A stretch of DNA of 55,225 nucleotides, counting the filler, from Catajapyx aquilonaris (Eukaryota), in assembly GCA_000934665.2 (NCBI GenBank). It is 2 parts of 2 records of this genome, joined end to end, with 100 filler letters (N's around TTAATTAATTAA, not from the genome) between each part and the next. Parts side by side here need not be neighbours in the genome. Positions count along the whole stretch, not along the records: positions 1 to 27,681 come from JYFJ02005062.1; positions 27,782 to 55,225 come from JYFJ02005063.1. One strand, 5' to 3'. The number at the start of each line of letters is the position of its first letter. Position 1 is the first letter of the stretch. The notes under the pieces were generated by a model that searched no databases, was not told where the DNA came from, and saw only the letters and a program-made list of their open reading frames with translations. The position numbers and the translations under genes are program-made. Positions 26,429 to 39,800 of the stretch are shown one piece after another.

Positions 26429-27681
26429 ATGGCGTGGACTAGTCGCTGCGCCCTTTTCATTTTACTTTGTTGGACTGGTAACTACTGTACTTTTACTATG
26501 AACTACAGTCCTTTAAGCGAAAGAACGATCTGACGTCACACCAGCCTTGTTTTCTGCGCATGCGCAGTAGTATGCTGGCAGAGGACATGATTGGAGGGAA
26601 AGCCCTGGGGGAGGCGGGGCTGAACATGACGTCAGATCATTCTTTGGTTTAACGAACGGTATAAGGGCCTGTTGTAGTACTTACAACACCACTCAGCATA
26701 TCACTTTGGTTTAATTGTCGTTAGCAGTGTAACAAGAGGAATAGTTTTTGATATGCTGATTGTGAGTTGGGTGCTTCTTGCACATTGTTGGCAACAATAT
26801 TCATCTAGAGCTAAAAATGATTTTCAGTCTAATGACTTGAAATTGCACCATGGATGATGCGTAGTTCGGTTTTATTGGTATTATACGTCTGCTACTGATA
26901 GTGCAGATGGCACACATTAGTTGCATAACAGGGTATGGGTCAAGAGGCGTCCCTATCTGTGAAATGAAATCTATGTGCGCAGTGAGTTTCAAAGTCAGAG
27001 GTATTACGCGTGCATTTAAGGTGTCACTGATAAGCTTACTTGCAGAAAATTTATAGCTTATGGTATCGTCATGATTGATATCGCCTTTTCTTCGCGGATA
27101 ATATAGGATTTGTTTGCTTTCTTGGCAGAATCCGCCACATCGTTGACTTCGACTACAACATCGACTACCACGGCAGCCCCAACCACAACTGCTCCTATAC
27201 CTTTGCATGTGGTTGCCTACAGCAAAGATTATTGGGTGCAACCTGGTGAAAGTACTGCTTACCTATACATGCATGTAGATCAGAACATCAAGGAGGGCCA
27301 GGAATGCAAATATTGGAATCCAGAAGGCACAGACGTAACAGACAGAGCCTATGCTTACAACTCTTCGAATGGATGGTGTGCACATTCGTTTGAGGTTGGG
27401 GATTCGTTTGCCGAAAACGACACCGGCATATGGACTATTGAACTGTCAGCCCATGGTTACGGGGCTATCAACGTGTCTGTAGAAGTAGGAGTTTTGAGTA
27501 AGTTCAAATGCTGTGGGTAATTATCTAGTAAAGAAACACTAATCATCTGATGTTTCTTTTTTTCTTTTTCTTTTTCTTGAAAACACGTTTTGTGTAATCC
27601 TGTATCGCATTTATTGATATTGTTACATTTCATTTCAGAATCAGGTCCAATAAACATGTATCCGGTGGATATCGTAGGACA
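26429..27681 (+). CDS. Secreted/cell-surface protein, 5' part only: signal peptide, Thr-rich stalk, possible Ig-like beta-sandwich; truncated by gap
   Basis: TATAAA at 26331. Exon 1 26429-26477 (MAWTSRCALFILLCWT), exon 2 27129-27497, exon 3 from 27639 to the gap. All introns phase 1, GT-AG, frame continuous. Confidence 0.75.
26506..26659. mobile_element. Tc1/mariner-type MITE in intron 1
   Basis: Imperfect ~33-bp TIRs (CAGTCCTTTAAGCGAAAGAACGATCTGACGTCA / TGACGTCAGATCATTCTTTGGTTTAACGAACGG), TA on both sides. Confidence 0.7.
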
Positions 27682-27781
27682 NNNNNNNNNNNNNNNNNNN
27701 NNNNNNNNNNNNNNNNNNNNNNNNNTTAATTAATTAANNNNNNNNNNNNNNNNNNNNNNNNNNNNNNNNNNNNNNNNNNNN
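27682..27781. other. Artificial 100-bp contig spacer
   Basis: Exactly 44 N + TTAATTAATTAA (stop codons in all six frames) + 44 N. Confidence 0.97.
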
Positions 27782-28172
27782 TGCCGGACAGAGCCAGCAG
27801 GGGAAGCGGAGGCCTTGACGTCACCCCTACTACTGCAACGCTGGCAACCTGACTCGACCATCAACAGGACAGCCCTGTTAAACTATGGGGTTTCCTCCTC
27901 TGCAATCAACAGTGGAGAACTGTATGCAGTACCAGTACCTGATGACCAGCGCCTTCCTGCCAACCTGCCTTACACTGCTGTACTTTTTGGACCCTGTGTA
28001 TTTTGGATCTCGGAAGCAGCCTACTAGTGGTTTGCAGTTACGTGACGTGTCGCAGTTGGACCTTGAACTGAACATTGGCTTGACATGGACTAGAGGGGTT
28101 CTGTTTCACTACGTGATCCGTTTTAATCTTCCTTTTTTCTCTCATATTATATGTCGTTCTTTATCGGGGAGG

Positions 28173-28551
28173 TGTGTGGCCGTACCGGTTTTTGCTAGGT
28201 CAAACGTTCTATAGTTTCACTGCATCCCGAAACTGCCTTGCATCACTTACGTCACTGTATGTATTTTATTACCCCATTAGAGTCATTCCATACTATCTGC
28301 CTACTCATGTCATGTGACTTTTCATTCGCTCCCTCCCATCATGCATTGTGCTTGACTATAAGAAGGAGTGAGCTGTTTCACTCGAGGCCTTTGCCCGGGA
28401 GAATATCCTGGGGACTGGTCAGGCCACTTGTTTGGTCGACATCTCCCATCCCTGACCTTTTTCCTTTTCCCCTCACACACTCACCTTGACGAAGAATAAA
28501 CTGTACTTGATTGTCTACCCACTGGCTTTTATGTTCACCCAACCGGTGACA
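28173..28551 (+). mobile_element. Probable LTR (3' LTR of an LTR retrotransposon fragment)
   Basis: Purine tract GGGGAGG (28166-28172) then TG...; internal TATAAG (~28355) and AATAAA (28495); ends ...ACCGGTGACA. No second LTR or pol ORF seen. Confidence 0.4.
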
Positions 28552-29165
28552 ATGGTATTAATGACTCAGTAGTCGTTGTTATTGCATTTGAAGTACCGTA
28601 TGGGGTATGGCACAGCAGTGTGTATTGTTACTGGCCACACTAACTTCTACACTCAATTCATTATCATTACATCGTAGCAGGCTACAATGCTGCATTATGC
28701 ACAGCATGCTACTTTCTATTCTATACACAGGTCAGTATGGTATCACACCAAGTAAGATACTACCCTTTGAAAGAATATGACGACTACATGAATCTCACTC
28801 AAATTATGTGATCACAGGAAACGTCTCGTTAACAATAATAGCACTCTGCCTGTGCGATAGTAACTACAGGCCGTTATTATCGCTGCGAGTTATACATTGT
28901 TAATATTGCAGGGAGTCCTTGCGTCCATTGTGACGTAAGTAGGAAACTCATGTTATACTACTTTTAGTGGGGCAGCCTGGTGGTCTATCTATTTGGAATA
29001 CCGCATAAAAGTATCCACATGCCACACCTGACGGTTATCTTGCTATACAATAATAATATTGTAACGAACATTACAATACACGTACACACAGCTTCTCTTT
29101 CATGCTACACACTTGACACATTTCAACAATGAAACCACTGCTCCATGGTTAAGTGGGCTCTATAT

Positions 29166-29289
29166 CCTTCTGAGACCCGATGTCCAATATATTGGACATC
29201 AGCAAAAAAAAAAAAGTGTCAACTGAAATTGACGCCAATTTTTTTTTTTGTGCTGATGTCCAATATATTGGACATCGGGTCTCAGGAGG
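29166..29289. mobile_element. 124-bp palindromic MITE flanked by ATAT
   Basis: ~39-bp near-perfect TIRs CCTTCTGAGACCCGATGTCCAATATATTGGACATCAGCA; A-run pairs with T-run internally; ATAT on both sides. Confidence 0.8.
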
Positions 29290-29295
29290 ATATGC

Positions 29296-29363
29296 ACAGT
29301 CGATCCGACTCCGACTCATCAGACTCCGACTCCGCCCTCCGACTCGGAGGCATCGGACACCCT
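29296..29363 (-). mobile_element. hAT-like terminus fragment with GGAGTC subterminal repeats
   Basis: Minus strand CAGGGTGTCCGA...GGAGTCGGAGTC; partner end not found. Confidence 0.4.
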
Positions 29364-30306
29364 GTTCAGACAGAGGTACTGTCTGAAGATTTCAACGACC
29401 TTCGTTATTGAAACCGTGGTTGCAACCAGCCAATGTCGATGGCAGGCAAGTCCGGACCAATGATCGAATGAATCTGCTGCAGCGCACCCACTGTTGCACA
29501 TCCACCGATACAGCGCAATGTTGGGAAATATTTCACCCCTTCGCACTTGAATCACACGTATGAAAACAAATCGCATCCGGTGTATATACGGAGGATTAAA
29601 ACCAAGCATTACAACTTCGGCCTTAATTTTCCGACCGTACGCCGCCGCGAGAAAAACAACGAGAAAAACAACAACTCAATTTGACACTGGCTCTGCATGG
29701 TGCTTCAAGCCTCATTATTTCATGACCTGCTGTCGCTGATGGGGTTCCGATCCATTAATGGTTCTAAGCTGTATGTATAATAATAAATATTCAAGTGTAC
29801 GGTATCAGAAACAGCCTTGCCAATAACCAAGCCAACGACCACATCTAACGTGGTTCTTGTGAATATACACTCGTGTCTAAGTCCGACTTTAGCCCAGCCA
29901 ACTGTCACCTTTGCTTTTTCCAATAAACATTCGTTTCTAGTGCGTTGCAAGTGAGCCATTTTCATATCCCCTCAGGCTCACTTTGTGCCACTCTCATTCA
30001 CTCATTCTCGTCAAGGGGTGCGCCAAAAGGTGTGCTGCACTGTTTTTGTTCATTATTCATGATCAGTAAATATTATAACACGATTGTATATAATTATACG
30101 TATAAGATTCTAAAACGGAAGATTGAAAGCGCAACAAGCGGCACATTGGAAACATGTGACACAGCATACCTCGATCTGAATACTGCCCAGAACTATCTCT
30201 AGATATGATTATTATACTCTTAGTAAACAGATATAGCAGAGAGCCAAGCTATGTATACCGTACTGAAGTAATTATACCGGTATCATATAGCGTAGAGCGA
30301 GCTTAA

Positions 30307-30560
30307 AGGGACACTCCACTCAAAATACAAGTTGTGTTCTAAAGATCGGGCAAAAAATCCTGATTCCGAGGATATAAGCATCTTTCCTGAGAGATGAACG
30401 GTAAGGCCAGGGCGAGCCGTCAGCGTTCGGAAATTCGAATCTGGCGCAAAAGAGCAGCGCCTCTTCCGGGTCTGGTCAGAAACTGTAAGGACTCTCAGCC
30501 ATCTTTGGTGTGGTATATTTTTTCAAAGATGGCGGAATCCGACAGTACGCGTGCAGGTCC
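30307..30560 (+). mobile_element. Possible Kolobok-type DNA transposon left end
   Basis: TTAA followed by AGGGACACT..., resembling Kolobok termini; no right end or transposase found. Confidence 0.3.
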
Positions 30561-33500
30561 GAGTCAGCTTCTTGACGGTAAGGCGGCTGTTGCTGAGAGA
30601 GACGTACCAAGCAGGGCTTCCCAGCCAAAGTCCGCACGGCCTCCTCCCGTACCAATTATTTGAGTATTATACGTACGATGACGAAGAAGTGGCCAGTTAT
30701 CGAGCAGGCGGGGACTATCATGGCACTCTGTCATATGTGATGAGCTCAATGGCCATCACGTCCGAGGAGAAGGAGGAGGCCGATTTCCATCAAGTGGTTG
30801 GTAGGTGACTTGCCGTCTGCAACTGATCTTGCCACTATTATAGTATTGCCGAGTAATTCTGTCAGGAACTGATAACAGGGCCGGCAAATCATCGGCCGAA
30901 GATCAATCCTCACGGCTGATCCGGCTCCAGCTCCATATGTCGCCACACTCCGAGAAGACCTTCGCTAACAAATGACAATGATACTGCTCCACTGGCCCGA
31001 TATAGTTTTATTAATTGGTGACTCTTAAGAATAGTCACATTATAACGGATTTGATGGTGTCCCAGGAACCATCAATCAGACTTCGATCCAAAATCTAGTA
31101 AAATATTATCCTCTCCGCAATCTGACTGTCCATATGTTTCGGATTTATGCGAAACTTCTGCACTGACCTCTACTGGTGGAATTCCGGTAAAACATAATAT
31201 CCCCGGAATGCTACACGTGCTTACGCCTTCAGAAGAGAAGTGGTCAAATTTCACACATACGGCGCGGAGGTGTGCACAGAAATGCATCACCTATAACTCT
31301 CCATTTCTCAAAATGCAAAAATGTCACCTCAATTGGCACCCAAATTGCCCATATTAATTATCTATTATAATCCATGCCATATATCACAAGAGCACCTGAT
31401 ACGAGGACTCTAACTATAGGCACCAACCAACAATACTATTCCTGATGATCATCAGTAATAATTATACGTGTCAAAGATAAACCTCTTTAAGTTTCCCACC
31501 ACTGAGCTTAAGAAGTGATAAGGAGCCAGCTTCGGATTTTACATGGACGCATAATATGCAAGGCCCAAGATAACTATACCCTGAAGCTCAATAACACAGA
31601 GGATAGTTGGCTATCTTAATAATATCTTTAAAGTGCTTTGTTATTAATAAGCAACAATAAGATGTCTCCCACCTTGAATATGGCTGGGCAATATTATTTA
31701 TGCTCTTGGCATCACAGTAGATATTTCTGCTGTATAGTGTAGATAATTATACTACTGTATAACCAGTAGTATTACTAATTACAGATTCTAAACACTCTTA
31801 TCCATTGTGTACACACTTACTGACACATTGCTAGCCTTTCACAGATAATGAACTTGTAATTATCATTCCATGCGCCGACAACGACTTTAATAGGGACAGT
31901 TGTGACTCAGCCCATGAGGGCCCTTCACCATCTTCATCATCCTGTCCCCATATTATTTTATTATCACACCAATACCGGTACGCCCGCAACTGTGTGAATT
32001 TCTACTCTGCCTCCTACATGGAAGAAGATGATGAGCCAGAAGTAAGACTGTCACCTTCGCACCACCAAAGAGTATATATGACCGCTTTTCGACGCTGGAC
32101 ACAGGCCATCGGCTATGGCCCATCGCGACTCTCCTCCAACGCAACAAAAAGAAGATGACACATTATGCGCCAGTGTTAACAACAATAATACGGGTTGGCA
32201 AAGAATGGCCTCACCAGGTTAGGGATTACACCTTCCTTCGGAGATCCTTTGTCGCACAAATTTTACAGGAATTACGCTGAGATTTTGGCCCACGTTTTCA
32301 TCCAATGGCGCGAGGAAACATAAATGTCACTTGATCATTTTTGCCGCTGATGCAGGTTTCCAGGAAGGAATATTACGACTGAGTAAGGACAATAACTGTT
32401 CATCGGTGAGCAGAAGGGGTCATTCATGAAGCACAGAAAATGCAAAAATGACGGTTCCCGTGCAGAAGTGGATTGTACCAACTCGATACGACGTGTTCAT
32501 TGTAACAATATAGTCTATTAATGGGTGGACAGTAAAATAATTGTGTCTGGCTTCATGCAGCTTATACGAGGTGCTGATGGCCAGAATTCTTATTATCACA
32601 GTCTCCCTTTCCCTTCGTTGTCCTTCAACCTGCGGACCATGGAGCATCTTGATCGCACCAACTACAGAGACTTCATCTAACATTCATGTGATACTCCTCA
32701 TCAGGTAGATGCCCTATCAAATAAGGAAACCCAACCATTCCGATCAACACAACAATGCTTGCTGGTCAACGTGGAATCCAAACAAGCAAAACGAGGGTGG
32801 CCAAACATTTACGCCTTGTTAGAGAGCCAGCGGTATAACCCATAGTAATTATTATCAGGTAGTACCAATAAGTTCGTAACAGCCATCAGAAAAGTGATGA
32901 CACCCCGAGTTTATCTCAAATGGTGAAACATTGTTATTAGACAGTGTTAGTTTCACCTTGCATTTTATGGCTAATTAATATCATCATTACTGATACTAAG
33001 CAGTCACTTCGAAAATATTATCTGGAATGGGCACATGTTTTGTGGCCGTAGAAGAAAGTGTCCTTATAATATAGTTTTCAAAATATGGCTGGTGCAACTG
33101 TTACCCTGATTCTGTTATGAATAAGAACCATTCCACTGGGTAAACACCATATTAATCCTCGCAGTACAAGGTGAATAATGGCTAAAAATGGCCATCGTAC
33201 TTGTAACAACAAATTATTACCAGCAAGGGACAGAACACAATGACAACCCTTCGTAGTACATCCCAAAGGAGTAAACCACGAGACATCCAGATCTCCTTCC
33301 GACGCGACGTCTTGAATGGCCACAAACCTTTCCACATCACCCCCTTCATGATGAGCGATCAGAAGACAGGTGCACTTCGAATGACCTTCCGAACACGACT
33401 CACAAGTCAGTGCAAATGACTGATTCCGAGAAGATTCCAAACAAACTTCCTTCCAGTATGCCATCAATAGCAACACCTTGGAAACCGACAAGTGTTGTTG

Positions 33501-36017
33501 TCAACACAATATTTCACCAACGAACATTTTGAAAGCATTTTTTGGTGACCACTGTTCTCGGGTCGTGGTGTGCGAAATGCTGTAACGCCTTTCATTATGT
33601 ATATGGTTGGGTTGGTGTGGAAATGTAGTACGAGCTCGTACATTTCCACGGGCTCTAACAAGAGCTCGTATGCACTGCTCGTATAACACGGACTCTGAAG
33701 AGACAGAAAAACAAGACATTTTCTTTCTCCATTATACGTAAGGAGGGCATGCATTTCAGGGAAATATTTTGGCTAAAATAATTATGTGTGCAAAAAGTAT
33801 ACCTTTTTGTGACCCCAGGTCGTGCGCTTTCTCTCACAGCACATGAGCACGCTCAAATTGCAATTCAATTCAGGTCGTAATAACCGAAGTTGTTATTCTA
33901 TCTGAAATATCTGGCATGGGAGGGTTTTAGTGTATACAATATCAGTCAAAAAAATATCTGCACAAGAAGAAATAAACCTTCGTACCTCAAGTGATGGCTA
34001 ACTCAACACAACCATTAAGGGATAATAAAGAGAGACAGTCATAAGCTTATACGGAATATGCCTTCAATCACTGCACTTGAGCATGAAGGCAGGAGAAGTT
34101 ACGTCTGACGCTGAAAACGGACGCTTTGTGTAATGGCCATTACACCTCGTTCATAAGTAAGGTAATTATACTCCGCAAGAAAATCATGCCCAGTTATATA
34201 CAGTCCAAGCCTACCAATCCTCTCGGGCCGTCTCAGCTGATGGTGTTTTTGTTCTTCTGGTGAATTTGATACTAAACCAGAACTACCCGTCCAAATGAGG
34301 CAGTCCGCCCTCACCACCATCATTCGATAGAACGTTCGGGTGTCTGATTGCCACACCCACAACATACAGAAGTGAGGCTGACAGCGACCTCTCGATTATA
34401 TCGAATTAATAATTATTATTGCGACCTCCCTATATATGGATGCAGAAACTGACTATATTATGTGAACCATGTTATTATCTTATTTGAGATTAGACGACTT
34501 TGATGGAGATGCTGCTTAACAATATATTGCAGTATTCTTTCTATCCGTGAATTATTATTTTAATCGCCTCTGCTCCAGACACGATGCAACGAGAAAGACT
34601 ATACGAACACCAGCACTGCATGCAGAGAAGGCAAGTGAATGTGCCGTACCATGTCTCTCAGTCATCATAACTTTTGAAAGCCTCCTTGGCGAAGGTCAGA
34701 ATAAAAAGGTCGGGACACAAAGGTAGAGAGGACAACGCAACGCAACGTATGTGAGAAGTTAAGCTGGGAAACATACTTCTCAGGATACTGATTGAGGAGA
34801 GTCCTATATAATATGATTGTGTGTATGGTGTACGCGTGTTATGTGTGGTCAGGAGGACTCTTGCATATCTTATTGGAACTCTGAAAATATTCCGACGGAC
34901 GTGATTGTTAATCACTACTTATTACATTATTAATAACTCCCTTCAGCCACCGCACGTATACTGTATACAGTACGTCACCCTCTTTTCCCCTCTTACATAA
35001 TATAGGCCATGCCCTAATCAACCACTTATTACCATCATCGTGGATGGTTGCACCATTGGGTCACGCATTACATAGTACTTTACAGCGCTACCAAGGGAAA
35101 GATCCACCAGACGTGGTCCATCATCCGCCACTTTCAATGCAGAGGAGGAATAAGAAACTGCTGCTTGCCAGAACTGCAGCCCTTCCGCACACAAACCCAG
35201 TAGTTCCGACTTTTACCATGGGAACACAGCATATACGTGCACTCTTTTCCCCCACATGTGGGTACAGTGGGCTACACTACCCGCAACATCGATAACGCAC
35301 GTCTGTTAAGCCGACTGAATATTATTTCCGCTCATGATTGTGATACATATACTTTTTCACGGAACGGGACAAATTACGGAACCACATTTTTATTTCGTAA
35401 CTTGGAGAAAACATGTTTCAGAGGTATCTTTATCGATCAAAAACATTCTTCAAACTTCTCGAAGGCAGGGTGCAAATTATTGCAACAGTAACAAAGATTC
35501 CAGTGGATCAGTGTGAATCATGTAAAATACGCGTATTATTGTAATGCGATACTACTTCACACTTAATTTTATAAATCGTACAATATAATCCTGGATGCCA
35601 ATTATTTTAGAGCATCGCCCAATCGAAAGCCGTGATATTATTTTAAGGTTGCATCCTACTTTCTTGGGGAACGATTATATGTGAAAGAAAACTGCCAGCA
35701 TCAACGATCAACATGAACTCATACTAATATAGTCGACCTCGTGGATAAATCTCATTCCATCTGGTGTGCGTGGTGCAAGTTATAGTGGTCAGATTCAGCA
35801 TATTGTAATCTTCGCAATGGCAGGACTTCCTTGACATTTAACGCAATGTCATATTTCCAATCATTTCGGTAATTATGTTAAACACGACAGGTAACCTATA
35901 GGGGTAAGTTACCTCTGCTGACCCGAGTTAAAAAAGTATCCAATCAGATGGCAGTGGCATCAGTCCAGCTTTGGAGTGATGACCCATCCTCCTCCTATAC
36001 TCGTACCCTTTGAAGCA

Positions 36018-36258
36018 ACAATCTGGGCCGCATTATCTTCTCGTGATTGTGTTATTGGCAGCTTCAGGTTAATTGCCATTATCAGTAATACATTCTCCTG
36101 CTCCCCACCCCCGCCGCGCGGCTCATACTACCCCAGCCCATATCGATCATAACAAAACGACTTTATATGGTCCCTTTTTCAGAAGGGAATCGAAGAGTGG
36201 CACCCAGTCGAAGATATCCCGACAAAATACATAACAAACCCAGCAGTCAGACCACACT
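36018..36258 (+). repeat. Diverged dispersed repeat, copy 1 (copy 2 at 43385-43625)
   Basis: Shared blocks TTCTCGTGATTGTGTTATTG, GCAGCTTCAGGTT, CACCCCCGCCGCGCGGCTCATACTACC, TAACAAAACGACTTT and ATAACAAACCCAG in the same order. Confidence 0.85.
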
Positions 36259-36786
36259 TCGGTTTATAACTTGCCGCAAAAAGTGGTACAATAGTTGTAT
36301 GAATTCGTGCTCCAGTTACGTCCAGACGTTCAGTATACATATTATAAGATTACTTCATCAGTCGCAGGAAGAGGATTTCGGAGCACACCTTATCGACGTC
36401 TACAGAAGGCCCCAAATATTGACCCCCTCCCCTGCCAAGAGGAAATTATGAGAATATACGGTCAGAACATCGATGAGACTATAGCCAGTATGTAACTATA
36501 TAGTCTATACGTACTTCGAACAAGTACGACAGCACGATGCCACCGCCTTTCCTTCAATCTGACCTCCGGGTCACAGGCAGTACATAGTTAGTAAGATTCG
36601 CCAGGCTGATCTATTTATTGCAACTTATTCACATGTGAGACAAGTAAAAACTGAAAAAAACCATTTACCAGATTCTATCTCTAATCTGTTACTTTATACA
36701 CAACAGAATAATATTGTTCCTGCTGTGGAAAAAGACCGACAAGTTAGCTGACTATGCAACAAAAAGGCAGACTTGGTGTTGTTGTC

Positions 36787-36787
<1 letters not shown>

Positions 36788-36857
<70 letters not shown>
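36788..36857. repeat. (TAT)n microsatellite
   Basis: Pure trinucleotide run. Confidence 0.97.
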
Positions 36858-36858
<1 letters not shown>

Positions 36859-39800
36859 CTATAATAGAGACGTGCACGGTGTTCTCCTGTAGCTTACAGA
36901 AGAACGGTACGCTATAGGTGTATCTAGTGCTCATTGTATACGTAGGTGAGCTTATTGTCTTTGTTTTGCAATATAGGCCTACTTTACACGAACTATGTTA
37001 TTATTGCCCCTTGCTGGTTATGAAAGTTCATATTTTGTTGTCAGTTGCTGATATAAAGAATTTGATGCAAAACCTATTGTAATAAGTAGCCTATAATTAT
37101 ATGAGGCGCACTCATATCTCGACAACTTCCGAGAATGGCGGAGAGAACATTGCACCAGTTCGAAGCGGTTGGGTGGCAGCGACCTCCGCATCGTTTTTAC
37201 CATTGATGCGTACTACAGTCATTATTACAAAAACTTAGTAAGAGTAAGATAGCTGAGTGTTTTACTGGGAATAGACGAAGACAGAGAACATACATACATT
37301 CAAATGACACAAACGTAAAGAGCAGTGTGCCATGAGTTGACCCCATTGGTCATGAAGACGCGATCAAACTGGCGCATGGCCCATGACGTAGTACGTGATG
37401 GTACGATACAAGGCAAGTCAAGTGTTTCGCAGATTATTAATTCTGATCTGCGTACACAGCGAAGAAGTGCGAGTGTGCTGGACCGGGCCACAGTCCATCC
37501 TGACCTGGCCAATTTGAGTGCTGCCGGCAGTATTATAGCAATGTGGAACCCCCAGACAGCTCGTGCTCCGACCAGCCGCTCCCATTTTGTTCTTAGGACA
37601 CCATCCGAAAGCCACGTAGAAGGAGCGTATTTTGAACACAGCCCTGTACAATCCCCGTCCTGACTTCACACTGCTGATATTGTTTTATTCCACCTGTAAG
37701 AGGCTGATGGGAGTGGAAAGTGAGTGGGTACTTCGCATGCAGCCGGATGTGCTTCTGGGGCAAGGGGGTGATTCTCAAAGACGATCCTTTCGCACGACAA
37801 GATATTACCATGTTCCTCTAATAATTTATTGCTTTAAAAATACACCAAGCGAATATAAAGCACGACTGATCACTTACAACTCGCCTCGGCATGATTATAT
37901 AGGCATGTGACTCATCATGATCAGCAGATTATAACATTGCCTGCTGTTGTTCCAACATTACTTCTGGTCCCGTCCTTGTCAACGACGCTCTACACACACC
38001 ATAATGCGAATATCTACTAGCAATATACACTATATACGTACAGTCTTTCTGGGTGCAGCAGCGCCCATCTGACCCCCATGACCCACCCAAACCAGCCAAG
38101 ACCTGCTGTACGCATTAATTATTTAGCAGGGGGACCAACACTCCGGGAAGCAAAACCCAGCACAAAAGGCTCGAGTTTGTCGTGTGTGGAGTTCAGTCTA
38201 TTTCCGTCAGAAATTTTACTCTTGAACCCATAATTACTTTATGGAAGATCTTAACTATACGTACCTTGGTGAAATTAAAGATCAAAATGGGAGCAACCTT
38301 TGCAACCCCAAATTATGATCAAAATCCAAGTGTGATTCTGATGTTGTCAAAACACTTCGCTGCGTATCTCACTCTACTGTGAGAGGCAGTGGACGTACCA
38401 TACACTATGAGTGCTGATGCACTGAATGCCAAGTGCAAACGTGTATCCAATAAGCAAAAGCCGAAGACATAAACAGCAAGTAGTTACATAGCAGAAGTAC
38501 TGCATAAAATGGAGGGTGCAAGAAGCTTCATTATTCACAGACTATACCATAATAATTATATCTGCAAAGGGATTATACCTTGAACAAACTGGGGTCAGTG
38601 GAGTCACTTGCAGCTGACTCAAGTAGTAGTACCTATAGGGAACATCACATTAACAATACACTGAGTGTCTGTCACCATTTATCATAAAAATAGGTACCGG
38701 TACCAAATCATTAACCATTGCATCCCTTGACTTCACAAGTATACAAGGAGTCAAAAGATGGTATACGTATATTCCAGCACGGGATTCAGGCTTGCGACGC
38801 GACATACCGGAAGACAAGTAGGTGGAATAGTGCACTCAGTAATAATAATGTGCTACATGTTTACGTGCAGTTACACCACAAGAACCGCATTGTTCTTGAA
38901 GGAAAACAGGGAGTAAGTCACCAGAAAGACCTCAATACAATTCAGCTGATGAAGCTGGCCCAAATCAGACGTCAGTCACGTCACATCAGGACAGCTTCCT
39001 TCGTCTCAATAGCCACTGCCACCTGCTGCAAGTACTTATATCACATGACGTCCAAAGCTGTGGTCAGACATATAATTATGCTGTCACAGGACAGACCAGA
39101 GACAATGTACAGAAAGGCGTAGTAGCCACACTAACTTACTATTCATTACTTTTTCTGACAAGTGCAGTATTTTTTCAATGGCGTTCAAAAATATATTATC
39201 ACAACCAGATATTGTAATCGACTACCGGTTACCTTGTCAGCAGTTTCTTTTGAAAGCAATACCAGGGAGCATATACTGGCAATACGTTACGCGGAGCATG
39301 ATGGACTAATAGTCACTTTGACAGTGCTCGTTTAGGTTGTTGTGAAAACATGGGCCATTTTAATAGACCATTCAACAAAAATTGCTCCGCAATAAAATTG
39401 TTTGTGTGTTAAATTAATGATTGAAGTATAATTATTGTGTTCTAGACTGGAAGCAGTCCATTGTCTTTGTTGAACGGCAAATGTAGCACTTTAACATTAA
39501 AATCCTTTCTTATTTCAATTACGTATTATTGTATAGGCCAGTCTGGCAGGTAACCACAATAAACTACGGGACGCTCCTATTTTTCTACTCATAGTTTTCT
39601 GCAATCTACTATTTCACTATTGGCTTTTAGTTTGCCGAGATAATGGTGATTATGTGAAAGCAAAAAGTATTCTACATACATCTTGCCAGAGTCGACTTCA
39701 TCGTCGCTCGCGACGTCGCCAGGCTGTGGCTAGTGCTGGCTAAAAATTCAACGCCAATCCACCACACACTATTATTTTAATGTAACCATCTTCGAGCTAA

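Noticed and set aside
33078..33754. ORFs possibly from a decayed transposon protein
   Set aside because: No motif I can name with confidence; broken frames.
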